Assembly (NCBI GenBank): GCA_963712115.1
Contig: CAVQGX010000011.1
Location: 1-64,000 of the forward strand
DNA: 64,000 nt
DNA from: an uncultured delta proteobacterium
GTDB taxonomy: Bacteria > Desulfobacterota > Syntrophobacteria > BM002
Direction: 5' to 3'
Positions within the stretch are counted from its first letter, which is position 1. Every line of letters starts with the position of its first letter. The notes beneath the pieces are model-generated. The model made no database searches. It was not told the DNA's origin and was given only the letters and a program-made list of their open reading frames with translations. This document shows, piece by piece, positions 41,419-51,838 of the stretch. The position numbers were made by a program, and so were the translations under genes.

Positions 41419-43549
41419 TTGACCACCAAACGATTACTTATAGGCCTTCCTATCATCGTCGTCCTCTTCCTTCTGCAGTCCTACTTCTGGGTGCCAACCT
41501 ATGAAGAGCAGACCCGGGGTAACCCGGAGCGTCTGGAAGAATATGTGGCTGCCTCGATCGGTGACGCTCAGTTGCTTAATCCCACCCTATCAGCAGACAG
41601 TGCCAGCAGCGAGATCAATGGACTGGTCTTTGAGGGGTTGCTTGACTATGATGAAAATCTGAACTTTCGACCCCGTCTGGCAACCAGCTGGGAAATATAC
41701 GAAGAGGCTTACTTCTACCTGAATGAGGAGGCAGCAGTTCCTGGTCTCGAGAGGACAGATGCTAAGGGTATTGCGCGGCTGATCAATCAGGCCAGGAGAG
41801 TGCGCTCTCAGAGCCAGGATTCGTTTTCACAATCTTTGTCCAATATAGAAAAAGTTGAAATTCTGTCGCCGCAGCAGTTTCAGAGTCAGGTTTTGGAAAC
41901 CGGACGGGATGGTAATAAAGTCAAGGTGCGATTAGGCATATCGGCGCCAGCGAGAATCAAGCTGACCCTGCAACGTGTTGATCAGGATCTGTTTAATAAC
42001 CTGGCAAAACTCTTAGGACCAGGGTACTTTCCATCCTTTCGGGCCGAGCGCTATATTGAGGTTGAGCCGGCGGAATTCAATGCCAAAAAGAAGGAATACA
42101 CCAGATCCTACCTGCCCGCCACGGAACACAATCCTGTCATAATTTTCCATCTTCGACCCGGAGTCAAGTTTCAAGACGGACACCCCTTTAATGCCGAAGA
42201 TGTGAAGTTCACCTATGACACCATCATGGACCCGGCCAATATCTCACCGCGTCTGCCAGATTATGAGCCAATTAAAACGCTGGAAGTCTTGGATCCCCTT
42301 ACCCTTCGCGTCATTTATAAACGTTTGTACTCACCCGCTTTGGGTACCTGGATGATGGGGATTTTGCCGGAACACTTGTTAAATGAAAAAACCCTACGTG
42401 AGGAGGCCCGGCGACGGGGTATGGATGGCGAAAGCATGTCAATTAGGCAGAGTCATTTTAACCGTAATCCCGCTAGGCTGCGGGCCTTTTGCCTTCCGTG
42501 AGTGGAAATCCGATCAATACATCCTGCTGGATCGTTTTGAAGAATACTGGGAAGGTCCGCCAAACTACCATAAATATACCTATCGCATTGTGCCTGACAT
42601 GTTGACTCAAGAGATGGAATTCTACGCGGGCACAGTTGATAGCTATGGAGTGCAGCCTCATCAGGTTCACCGCCTCAAAGATGATCCAAGGTATCAGAGT
42701 TTTTCCGGCTTGAGCTTTGGTTACACCTACATCGGTTACAATCTGCGCCGAGAACCCTTCGATGATGTTAGGGTCCGAAAGGCGCTGGGCATGGCCGTAG
42801 ATGTGGATAAAATAATCCGTTATGTTCTCTATGGACAAGGGGAGCGGATCACCGGCCCATTTCCAAAACAGACTGACTTCTATAACCATGGCATCCAGCC
42901 TCTTCCCTACAATCCTGAGAGCGCCTTGCGGTTGTTGGCCGAAGCTGGCTGGAAGCCAAACAAACAAGGATGGTTGGAGAAAAACGGTAAGCGCTTGGAG
43001 TTTACCTTGATCACCAACCAGGGCAACAACATACGCAAAGCCATCCTCTCAATTGTACAGGACTCCTGGCGCAAGATCGGAGTAGATGTGCGAACCGATT
43101 TGCTTGAATGGGCTGTATTCATCCAAGAGCGGGTGAACAAGTTGGACTTTGATGCCCTGGTTCTGGGATGGTCAATGGGGATCGAGCCGGACCTCTACCA
43201 GATCTGGCACTCGAGCCAGATCGGCCCTTATCAGCTCAACTTCGTTGGGTTTTCCAACAGGGAGGCGGATGAGTTGATCATCAAGATCAGGCAGGAGTAC
43301 GACCGTGAGCGGCAGATTGTCTACTGTCAGAGGCTGCATGAAATTATCGCGGAAGAGCAGCCCTACACCTTTCTCTACGTGGGAAAGTGGACGGCCCTTC
43401 TGGACAAACGAATCGTTATCATGGTGAGGGACAAGGAAGGGCAGGTAGGTTACGAGAAGATCAAGCCTACCAAGACGGGTAATTACACTTTCTATTTCAA
43501 CAAATGGATCAAACTGCCCGAAGTCCCAAACTTTGCAGCGGAGGGTTGA
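41419..43549 (+). CDS. Peptide/nickel ABC transporter substrate-binding protein (family 5), frameshift at ~42469-42471
   Basis: LRPGVKFQDGHPFNAEDVKFT; removing one C restores FNRNPLGCGPF and joins ORFs 41419-42501 and 42383-43549 (~709 aa). Confidence 0.88.
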
Positions 43550-44512
43550 TTGATGTTAGCATTTTTGGGCCGCAGCCTGGTGCAGAAGACCGTCACTCTT
43601 TTCTTTGTCTCGGTAATTTCCTTTGCAGTCGTACATTTAGCCCCAGGTGAACCCAGTCAGGTGGATCCTTTGAATCCCAAGTTCACCAAGGAGGTGGTAG
43701 AGCGGTTTCGCCAGCAGTTCCACCTGGACAAGCCTCTTTACCAGCAGTACCTCCTGTTTTACCGCGATCTGTTCACCGGCAAAAGCACCTCGTGGAAAGA
43801 CGGTCGTTCCGTACTGGCCAAGATCTACGAGCGTTTCCTTAACAGCCTGCCCCTTTTTATTGTCGGCACCTTGATTACCTGGACACTATCGTTTCCGGTG
43901 GGAATTCAAGCAGCCATAAAGCGAGGGGGCAAATACGATCGTATGACAACCTTTTTGGCCTACCTGCTCATATCCATACCGGGATTTTTCTTCGCCTATA
44001 TACTTATAATTTTTGTGGTAAATACCTTCCATGTCCCGGTCATTGGCATGCGCACCTTTGGCCTCAGTGGGGCCGGACTTGCCACCAGGATGATGGACAG
44101 AGTCTGGCATCTGCTCCTCCCTTCCATTTTGGGGGCGACCGGAGGCATAGCCGTGCTCTCCCGTTACGTGCGCAACCAGATGCTCGAAGTGGAGGGCGAG
44201 GATTACGTTCGAACAGCCAGGGCCAAAGGGCTTCCCGAGGAACAAGTTCATTACAAGCACGCTCTGCGAAACGCTCTGCTGCCTTTTGTCACCATGTTCG
44301 GGTTGGTTTTGCCTGGACTCATCGGTGGATCGGTAATCATCGAGTCAATATTTTCCTGGCCTGGAATTGGGCGCATGGCCTATGAGGCTATTCTTGCCCG
44401 GGATTATCCATTGATTATCACGGTGAACTTCATTTCGGCGATCTTGGTGCTCGCGGGCACTTTCTTTTCCGACCTGCTCTATATGGTGGTGGATCCGAGG
44501 ATTAAGCTGTGA
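43550..44512 (+). CDS. Peptide ABC transporter permease (OppB/DppB-like)
   Basis: DYVRTARAKGL, HALRNA, IESIFSWPGIG, DPRI. Confidence 0.93.
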   Translation: MMLAFLGRSLVQKTVTLFFVSVISFAVVHLAPGEPSQVDPLNPKFTKEVVERFRQQFHLDKPLYQQYLLFYRDLFTGKSTSWKDGRSVLAKIYERFLNSLPLFIVGTLITWTLSFPVGIQAAIKRGGKYDRMTTFLAYLLISIPGFFFAYILIIFVVNTFHVPVIGMRTFGLSGAGLATRMMDRVWHLLLPSILGATGGIAVLSRYVRNQMLEVEGEDYVRTARAKGLPEEQVHYKHALRNALLPFVTMFGLVLPGLIGGSVIIESIFSWPGIGRMAYEAILARDYPLIITVNFISAILVLAGTFFSDLLYMVVDPRIKL

Positions 44513-44662
44513 GAGGCATAGGGCATAGAGCATGGGGCGTAGAGTAAGGAGCCAGGAGCCAGAATTCAGGAGAAAAAAACAAAGAAAATAATACTTTATT
44601 CTACTGGCTACTAACTAATAACTAGTAACAAATAACGTATAACGTGCAAGGCTAGGTGAAAC

Positions 44663-45820
44663 GTGCAGTATTCGGCTTCTGAACATACCTTCGCAGTTGA
44701 AACACTGGAGCTACCGCCGCAGCGGACCAGACTGCAGGAATTCTGGGCTCAGCTTAGCAAGAACCGACTCGCCTTGATAGGGCTGGCCATCTTCCTTCTC
44801 TTCTTTGTGGTTGCAGTAGCCGGCTCGCTTCTTACCTACGGCACATCTCCGAAACTGGATCCTAGCCTGGTAAGACTCCAGGAAAAGCTGCGACCACCCC
44901 TATCTGCACCGAACCTGGAGTCATTGCTCCCTGAGGAGGTACCACCTTTGGGTGTCTATTTGCTGGGTACCGATGAACTCGGACGGGATGTGTTCGCCCG
45001 CATGCTACAGGGAGCCAAGGTATCTCTTGAGGTGGGGTTCGTGGCAGTGGGAATCGCCGTGCTTATCGGGGTGATCCTGGGCGGCCTATCTGGCTACTAT
45101 GGCGATAGTCCCATTAGAGTGGGGCAAGTGCTCATTGTAATCTTAGCGGTTTTGGCGCTGGTGAAGTGGGGTAAGTCGCTTGGAGGCTTTCTTATAACCC
45201 TCGCCCTTGCCGTCATTGCCATCGCAGCCGCCTCGGTGCTGCTGCGCCACAAGAAGTCGCGAGGGCCGCTGCCTCTGTTACATGCCCAACTCTTGTCAGT
45301 GGATATGCTAATTACCAGTCTCATAGACATTATGCTCTGTTTCCCCAGTTTCTTCCTGATCCTGACCGTTGTGGCATTGCTACCAGCAAGCACGATCAAC
45401 ATTATGATAGTGATCGGCCTTACCAGCTGGATGGGAGCGGCGCGTTTTGTCAGGGCCGAGTTTCTTTCTCTGCGAGAGCAGGATTTCGTCACTGCAGCCA
45501 GGGCTCTGGGGGTTTCGGACTGGCGGATCATTTTTCGCCACATGATGCCCAATGCCATTGCTCCAGTACTGGTTTCAGCCACAATCGGCATCGCCATGGC
45601 AATCCTGACCGAAGCTGGTCTGAGCTTCCTCGGCTTTGGAGTGCCACCGCCGGATGCCACCTGGGGCAACATTCTCTCCGATGGCAGGTACTACCTTTTT
45701 GACGCACCCTGGCTCACCATAATACCAGGTGTGGCTATTCTGGTGGTGGTGCTGTCCTTTAATCTATTTGGTGAAGGGATGCGGGATATTCTCAATCCCA
45801 AGTTGAGGGAAAGACACTAG
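44663..45820 (+). CDS. Peptide ABC transporter permease (OppC/DppC-like) with extra hydrophobic insert
   Basis: LGTDELGRD, DFVTAARALG, EAGLSFLG, NLFGEGMRD. Confidence 0.92.
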   Translation: MQYSASEHTFAVETLELPPQRTRLQEFWAQLSKNRLALIGLAIFLLFFVVAVAGSLLTYGTSPKLDPSLVRLQEKLRPPLSAPNLESLLPEEVPPLGVYLLGTDELGRDVFARMLQGAKVSLEVGFVAVGIAVLIGVILGGLSGYYGDSPIRVGQVLIVILAVLALVKWGKSLGGFLITLALAVIAIAAASVLLRHKKSRGPLPLLHAQLLSVDMLITSLIDIMLCFPSFFLILTVVALLPASTINIMIVIGLTSWMGAARFVRAEFLSLREQDFVTAARALGVSDWRIIFRHMMPNAIAPVLVSATIGIAMAILTEAGLSFLGFGVPPPDATWGNILSDGRYYLFDAPWLTIIPGVAILVVVLSFNLFGEGMRDILNPKLRERH

Positions 45821-45821
45821 G

Positions 45822-45998
45822 ATTTCGGATTGTGGATTGTGGATTGTGGATTGCGGATTGAGAAGGCATGGAGCACAGAGTGAGGAGTCAGGAGTCAGAA
45901 TCCATAATTCAGGAGAAAAGCAATCAAGATTGAATTCCTCTCAACTACTGACTGCTGACTACTTCTGCGTGGTGCCTAGTGAGTAGTTCCTAGTGCCT
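45822..45998. repeat. 7-nt-period repeat mosaic within the ABC operon
   Basis: GATTTCG GATTGTG x3 GATTGCG; GGAGTCA x2 GAATCCA; CTACTGA CTGCTGA; TAGTTCC TAGTGCC. Confidence 0.75.
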
Positions 45999-46038
45999 TG
46001 TGATAAGTGGGTACTGCCCACCCAAACGAGCAAAGACA

Positions 46039-47034
46039 ATGACATCTGAGCCTCTATTAATCGTTGATGATCTAAAGGTTTATTTCGACACCGACCTGGG
46101 TGTGGCAAAGGCGGTGGACGGGGTGAGTTACCAGGTGCGGCGAGGGGAGACAGTTTGCCTGGTGGGAGAGTCAGGCTGCGGCAAAACGGTTTCAGCCCTC
46201 AGCATACTTGGCCTGCTTCCCCAGCCACCTGCGCGGATCGCTGGAGGGGAAGTGTTGTTTAAGGGAAGAAATCTCCTGGAATTGGGTGAAGAGGATTTAC
46301 AAAGGGTCCGGGGTCGGGAGATATCCATGGTCTTCCAGGAACCGATGACTTCACTTAACCCGGTGTTTACCGTTGGGCACCAGATTGAGGAAGTGATTAC
46401 CACCCACGAGGGTGCGAGCCACAAAGAGGCCGAGAAAAGGATCCTCAAATTACTCCACGATGTGGGCATTCCCTCTCCCGAAGAACGCATCCACGACTAC
46501 CCTCATAATCTCAGCGGCGGGCAGCGGCAGAGGGTGATGATCGCTATGGCTCTGGCCTGTGGTCCCGATTTAATCATTGCAGACGAGCCCACCACGGCCC
46601 TGGATGTGACCATTCAGGCCCAGATACTCAACCTCTTCCGTGAACTCCAAGAAAAAAAGGGGATGGCCATCTTGCAGATAACCCATGACCTCAGCGTGGT
46701 TGCCGGCATGGCCGATCGGATCTATGTGATGTATGCGGGGATTGTGGTGGAAGAGGGCTCAGTGTGGCAAATATTCCGCGACCCTTCTCATCCTTATACT
46801 ATGGGATTGCTGGAATCATTGCCAGGTCGGAGGGAAAAGGGCCAAGAACTGGCCACTATTCCGGGGGCAGTTCCTGATCCCACTAGAAAACCTGCGGGTT
46901 GCCCATTCCATCCTCGCTGTACCTATGTCCAAGAAGACTGCCGAAGCCAATTCCCGGAGATGTATAATTTTGGCGACAATCATTTGGCCAGATGTCCAAT
47001 TATTCATGCAGAGCGCAGAGCGCATAGCGCATAG
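46039..47034 (+). CDS. Peptide ABC transporter ATP-binding protein (OppD/DppD-like)
   Basis: [34 protein letters not shown]. Confidence 0.94.
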   Translation: MTSEPLLIVDDLKVYFDTDLGVAKAVDGVSYQVRRGETVCLVGESGCGKTVSALSILGLLPQPPARIAGGEVLFKGRNLLELGEEDLQRVRGREISMVFQEPMTSLNPVFTVGHQIEEVITTHEGASHKEAEKRILKLLHDVGIPSPEERIHDYPHNLSGGQRQRVMIAMALACGPDLIIADEPTTALDVTIQAQILNLFRELQEKKGMAILQITHDLSVVAGMADRIYVMYAGIVVEEGSVWQIFRDPSHPYTMGLLESLPGRREKGQELATIPGAVPDPTRKPAGCPFHPRCTYVQEDCRSQFPEMYNFGDNHLARCPIIHAERRAHSA

Positions 47035-47113
47035 CGTAATGAGATATGAGATGTGGGATTTAAGATCGTCTCGACTGAGATCTCACATCCCACATCAGCG
47101 AGACTCTAGTTAG

Positions 47114-48115
47114 ATGAGCAGAGAGAGCACAGCAAATAACAACGTGATTTTGAAAGTTCAGGGGCTGAAAAAGTATTTCCCTGTGCAGCGGGGTTTTTTG
47201 CAGCGAGTGGTTGGCTGGATTAAGGCCGTTGACGGGGTGGATTTGGAAATGCTTGCGGGCAAAACACTAGGCCTGGTGGGTGAGAGCGGCTGCGGCAAGT
47301 CTACTCTGGCCAGACTTATTCTCAAGCTGATCGAGCCGGATAAAGGAAAGATTCTCTTCAAGGGTGAAGATATTAGTGAGCTTTCTCGGGCTGAGATGAA
47401 ACCCTATCGTGGCATGATGCAGATCATCTTCCAGGATCCCTTTGGCTCTCTCAATCCCAGAATGACAGTGGGTCAATCAATTGAGGAAGGTCTGCGCAGC
47501 ACCAACAAGGGAGGACGCGGGCAGCGCCAAGCCCGTGTAGCTGAACTGCTGGAGATGGTGGGAATCCCAGCCTGGGCAGCCCAGCGCTATCCGCACGAAT
47601 TCAGCGGCGGTCAAAGACAACGCATCGGAATCGCCAGGGCACTGAGCGTGGAGCCAGAGTTGATCATTTGCGACGAACCGGTCTCAGCTCTGGATGTCTC
47701 GATTCAGGCCCAGATTTTAAATCTCCTCCAGGATTTAAGGAAAAGATTGGGTCTTAGTTACCTCTTCATCGCCCATGACTTGAATGTGGTGGAGTATGTC
47801 AGCGACACCGTTGCCATCATGTATCTGGGTCATGTCATGGAGTATGGTCCTGCAGAGCAAGTTTATAGTCAGCATCTCCATCCCTACTCCTCAGCCCTGT
47901 TGGAAGCGGCGCCGGTGCCAGAGCCGTCGGCCAAGCTTTCTTGGACACCGCTGGCCGGTGACGTACCAAGTCCCTTCAATCCCCCACCGGGGTGCAAATT
48001 CCAAAATCGCTGCCCCCTGGTCGAGGATCGCTGCAAGAGAGAGGAGATTGAGTTATATGAGGTAGATGGCAGCGACAACCATTTTGTTCGCTGTTGGAAG
48101 GTGCTAGCCCGCTAA
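47114..48115 (+). CDS. Peptide ABC transporter ATP-binding protein (OppF/DppF-like)
   Basis: GESGCGKS, YPHEFSGGQRQR, CDEPVSALDV. Confidence 0.94.
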   Translation: MSRESTANNNVILKVQGLKKYFPVQRGFLQRVVGWIKAVDGVDLEMLAGKTLGLVGESGCGKSTLARLILKLIEPDKGKILFKGEDISELSRAEMKPYRGMMQIIFQDPFGSLNPRMTVGQSIEEGLRSTNKGGRGQRQARVAELLEMVGIPAWAAQRYPHEFSGGQRQRIGIARALSVEPELIICDEPVSALDVSIQAQILNLLQDLRKRLGLSYLFIAHDLNVVEYVSDTVAIMYLGHVMEYGPAEQVYSQHLHPYSSALLEAAPVPEPSAKLSWTPLAGDVPSPFNPPPGCKFQNRCPLVEDRCKREEIELYEVDGSDNHFVRCWKVLAR

Positions 48116-48140
48116 CCGCAAAGCGCGAAGCGCTTTGCGC

Positions 48141-48218
48141 ACGAGACGGGCAAGTCGGGAGGTCTGGCGAGACGGGGGAATAAACTCTCCAACTCGTCTC
48201 GCCCGACCTCGCGTCTCG
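48141..48218. repeat. Long GC-rich inverted repeat after the ABC operon
   Basis: CGAGACG..GAGGTCTGGCGAGACG / CGTCTCGCCCGACCTC..CGTCTCG. Confidence 0.6.
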
Positions 48219-48371
48219 CAGAGGACTGCTCTTGGCGCTTTGCTCATTTGATCTTGGCAGCGAAATATGCTACCTAGGGGCTCACCCGCATAATTGCGGT
48301 CTTCAACCGAGAACCAAGTAGGTTGCGAGGAATTTTTCCTCTAAATTTTAGGCATTTTAGGCATTTGACAT

Positions 48372-49742
48372 ATGAATACAAGCGAGAGCACCCCATATAC
48401 ACCGGAGGAACCCCCCCAGCGCCGGATCTACTCGGTCAGTGAGCTAACCAGGGAGATACGAATGCTACTGGAGGATCACTTCCCCTTCCTCTGGGTAGAG
48501 GGAGAGATCTCCAACTTCAGGGTGCCTTCATCGGGGCACTACTATTTCGTAGTTAAAGACGGAGAAAGTCAAATACGGTGTGTCATGTTCCGCTCCCAGC
48601 ACCGGTGGCTTCGCTTTCTGCCCGAGGACGGCCTAAATGTACTATGTCAGGCCAGGGTTAGTGTCTACGAGCCGCGGGGTGAATACCAACTATTGGTGGA
48701 TGCTATGGAGCCCCGGGGTGTGGGGGCGCTGCAACTTGCCTATGAGCAGCTGAAGGGTCGATTGGAAGCAGAAGGGTTATTCGACCCTGAGCACAAGAAA
48801 CCAATTCCCTTTCTCACCCAACGTCTAGGTGTGGTTACCTCCGCCACGGGTGCTGCCATCCGAGACATAATCAGGGTGGTCAGGGAGAGATACAGCAACC
48901 TGGAAATTTACCTCTATCCTGCCAAGGTTCAGGGTGAAGGTGCTGCAACTGAGATCGCTAAGGGAATAGATACATTTAATAATGAGTTTCCCGTAGACGT
49001 TTTGATAGTAGGCCGGGGCGGTGGATCTTGGGAGGACCTATGGGCTTTCAATGAGGAAGTTGTAGTCCGCGCTATTTTTCGCTCGCACATCCCGGTCATT
49101 TCCGCAGTGGGTCACGAAATTGATGTAACCCTGGCGGATTTAGTGGCAGACGTGCGCGCACCGACACCCTCGGCTGCAGCGGAAATGGTGGCCCAACATA
49201 AGGAAGCTCTGGAAACGCTCGTGGCTAACTTATATCAGCGGTTGGCAGGGCGCCTTCGTCAGATAGTGAACCTAGCCGGCGAACGTTTGGACAGCAGGAA
49301 AAAACGGCTGCGCCATCCCGCCGCGCGGTTGGCTGATCTTAGGTTGCGCCTGGACGAGCAGGCCCAACGGTTGGAGTTTGCCGTGCGCCAGAGAGTGCGC
49401 TCAGAAAGTCAAATATTTTTGAGGGTGAAAGACAATTTGCTCCACCTCAGCCCAAGCCGAAGGATCGTTGAGGCGCAGGGATTGTTGGACCAGTATTGGC
49501 ACCGCCTTGAGCTTTTCGTCGGACAGATTTTGCAGAAAAAACATCAGATGTTGGAGCGGAACTTGACCCAATTGGATGGCCTGAGTCCACTGGGGATACT
49601 AGCCCGTGGCTACTCCATTACTACTACCTGGCCGAAGGGGGCGGTGATTCGCTCGACTAGGCAGGTGAGGGAGGATGACACTGTTAAAGTCCGCTTGCAC
49701 GAGGGCTCATTGCGTTGCAATGTTGTGCGGGTAGAGGAGTGA
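48372..49742 (+). CDS. xseA: Exodeoxyribonuclease VII large subunit
   Basis: WVEGEISN, SGHYYF, RGGGS.EDLWAFN, SAVGHE, RAPTPSAAAE, LARGYS. Confidence 0.96.
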   Translation: MNTSESTPYTPEEPPQRRIYSVSELTREIRMLLEDHFPFLWVEGEISNFRVPSSGHYYFVVKDGESQIRCVMFRSQHRWLRFLPEDGLNVLCQARVSVYEPRGEYQLLVDAMEPRGVGALQLAYEQLKGRLEAEGLFDPEHKKPIPFLTQRLGVVTSATGAAIRDIIRVVRERYSNLEIYLYPAKVQGEGAATEIAKGIDTFNNEFPVDVLIVGRGGGSWEDLWAFNEEVVVRAIFRSHIPVISAVGHEIDVTLADLVADVRAPTPSAAAEMVAQHKEALETLVANLYQRLAGRLRQIVNLAGERLDSRKKRLRHPAARLADLRLRLDEQAQRLEFAVRQRVRSESQIFLRVKDNLLHLSPSRRIVEAQGLLDQYWHRLELFVGQILQKKHQMLERNLTQLDGLSPLGILARGYSITTTWPKGAVIRSTRQVREDDTVKVRLHEGSLRCNVVRVEE

Positions 49743-49803
49743 GCAAGTAACCACAGAGGCCAAAAAGGTCAGAAAGTCATTCAGCAATCAAAGAATCTTC
49801 TTT

Positions 49804-50703
49804 GTGGGTTTTGCTGTTCAACCAGGAGCGGTAATATTGAGAAGAACACTCTTGAGTATGTCTATTTCCCTGATCTTAATAGTAGCAGCAACGCCTGTCC
49901 CGGGGGCCACTGAACTGATCCTTCGCACTGGACCCGTTGCCCAGGGTGAAGTGGTGCAGATTCACCTAACTGGGCTGAAGGACGGCTCCAAGGTGAAGGG
50001 CTCGTGGCAGGGACAGCCCCTTGAGTTTTTTGAGGTAGAAGAGGAAGAGTACAGATCTTTGTTGGGTATAGATTTTAGGCTGACTCCCGGGACCTATCCC
50101 TTGGAGGTGCAAGTCTCCACCCCGGGTAATAGTCAGTCCACTTATCGCACTAGCATAGAAGTTGAGAAAAAAGAATTTGGTGAACAAAGCTTAAACCTAC
50201 CGGAGAAAATGGTAACCCTGGATCCGGACACGCTCAAACGGGTTAGAAAAGAATCCGCTGAGTTTAAGAAACTATGGGACATACATACGCCCAAGCGTTA
50301 CTGGCATGGCAATTTTGTCCGGCCGGTGCCGGGGAAACTCTCTACACCTTTCGGACTCGGGAGAATCCTCAACGGAGAACCAAGAAGCCCTCACTCAGGC
50401 GTAGACTTGCGCGCTAATTTGAGTGAACCGGTGAGGGCAGCCAATCACGGCCGAATCGTCTTGGTGGGAGATTTTTTCTTCCACGGGAAGGCGGTGGTCA
50501 TCGATCACGGTTGGGGTTTGTACACTATGTATTTTCACCTTTCCAAGGCAAATGTTTCTAAAGGTGATTTGGTGGGGAAAAGTTATGTCATTGGTCTTGC
50601 TGGCTCCACCGGACGAGCCACTGGCCCCCATTTACACTGGGGCGTCCGGTTGGGAGGAGCAAGGGTAGATCCCTTCGCCCTTATGCGGGTGACAACCGAG
50701 TGA
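49804..50703 (+). CDS. M23 family metallopeptidase (start uncertain)
   Basis: HSGVD, YFHLS, TGPHLHW; N-terminal signal-like segment. Confidence 0.9.
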   Translation: MGFAVQPGAVILRRTLLSMSISLILIVAATPVPGATELILRTGPVAQGEVVQIHLTGLKDGSKVKGSWQGQPLEFFEVEEEEYRSLLGIDFRLTPGTYPLEVQVSTPGNSQSTYRTSIEVEKKEFGEQSLNLPEKMVTLDPDTLKRVRKESAEFKKLWDIHTPKRYWHGNFVRPVPGKLSTPFGLGRILNGEPRSPHSGVDLRANLSEPVRAANHGRIVLVGDFFFHGKAVVIDHGWGLYTMYFHLSKANVSKGDLVGKSYVIGLAGSTGRATGPHLHWGVRLGGARVDPFALMRVTTE

Positions 50704-50712
50704 GAGGAAAAC

Positions 50713-50955
50713 GTGGCAAGGAAGAAAGAGAAATTTGAAGAGGCTCTGCAAAAGCTCGAGGCGATTGTCGCTAAGATGGAGGAGGGAGATCTTCCTCTGG
50801 AGGAAGCACTTAAAGAATTTGAGGAAGGGGTGAGGCTGGCAAAATTCTGCACCGGCAAACTGGACGAGGCAGAGCGCAAGGTGGAGAAACTCATTCGTGA
50901 CCAAGCTGGCAAAATACAAACCACTCCATTCAGTGAGGAGGGAGATGACTCCTGA
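50713..50955 (+). CDS. xseB: Exodeoxyribonuclease VII small subunit
   Basis: FEEALQKLE..LPLEEALKEFEEG. Confidence 0.94.
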   Translation: MARKKEKFEEALQKLEAIVAKMEEGDLPLEEALKEFEEGVRLAKFCTGKLDEAERKVEKLIRDQAGKIQTTPFSEEGDDS

Positions 50956-51838
50956 CTTCGACCTAAAGCAATATCTGGAGAGGTATCGCTTAATAGTTGA
51001 AAAGGCTTTAGAGACTGCCCTGCCAGAGAATGAGGGGCCAGAAGCCAGAGTTGTCGAAGCTATGCGCTATAGCCTTTTTGCCGGCGGCAAACGGCTCCGT
51101 CCTATCCTTTGTCTGGCCGCGGCCGAAGCAGTGGGTGATGAAATTGAGGCTGCCATGCCTGCAGCCTGCGCCCTGGAAATGATACATACCTATTCGCTTA
51201 TTCACGACGATCTGCCTGCCATGGATGACGACGACCTGCGGCGTGGTAAACCCACAAGCCACGTGGTTTTTGGAGAAGCCATAGCTATTCTTGCCGGAGA
51301 CGGTTTACTCACCGAGGCTTTTGTGCTTCTCAGTGATTATCCCACCTTGCTGCCGGAAAAGGCTCTACAGCTGATTGGCGTCATTGCCAGGGCGGCAAGC
51401 TACCGTGGAATGGTGGGTGGTCAAGTGGTGGATATGCTCTCACAGAACAAGCCGGCCGATCTCGAAACTGTGCAGCAGATGCACAGTCGCAAAACTGCCG
51501 CCCTCATTTCAGCAGCGGCTGAATCGGGAGCGCTGGCTGGTGGAGGCACCGATGACCAGGTGGAGGCACTGGCTAGATATGGCAGAGCTATTGGGCTAGC
51601 CTTTCAGATAGCAGATGATATTCTGGATATTGAGGGCCATACTGAGGTTCTCGGCAAGACAGCAGGTTCCGATGTGGCCAGGGGCAAGGTAACCTACCCT
51701 GCGGCGGTGGGCTTGGAAGGCTCGCGAGAAGCGGCTCGAGAGCTGGTAAACTATGCCTTGGCTGCCCTGGAGAGATTTGATCACAGGGCTGAGCCTTTGC
51801 GCGCACTGGCAAGGTATATAATTACGAGGAAGAAATGA
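50945..51838 (+). CDS. ispA: Farnesyl diphosphate synthase
   Basis: [34 protein letters not shown]. Confidence 0.94.
   Translation: MTPDFDLKQYLERYRLIVEKALETALPENEGPEARVVEAMRYSLFAGGKRLRPILCLAAAEAVGDEIEAAMPAACALEMIHTYSLIHDDLPAMDDDDLRRGKPTSHVVFGEAIAILAGDGLLTEAFVLLSDYPTLLPEKALQLIGVIARAASYRGMVGGQVVDMLSQNKPADLETVQQMHSRKTAALISAAAESGALAGGGTDDQVEALARYGRAIGLAFQIADDILDIEGHTEVLGKTAGSDVARGKVTYPAAVGLEGSREAARELVNYALAALERFDHRAEPLRALARYIITRKK

Noticed and set aside
45822-45863. CRISPR array or phase-variable microsatellite
   Set aside because: Units are 7 nt, degenerate and unspaced; no 25-45-bp repeats with spacers and no cas genes anywhere in the window.
49804-50703. M23 peptidase between xseA and xseB as a novel insertion
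   Set aside because: To my recollection this arrangement is common in this lineage; no mobility signature here.
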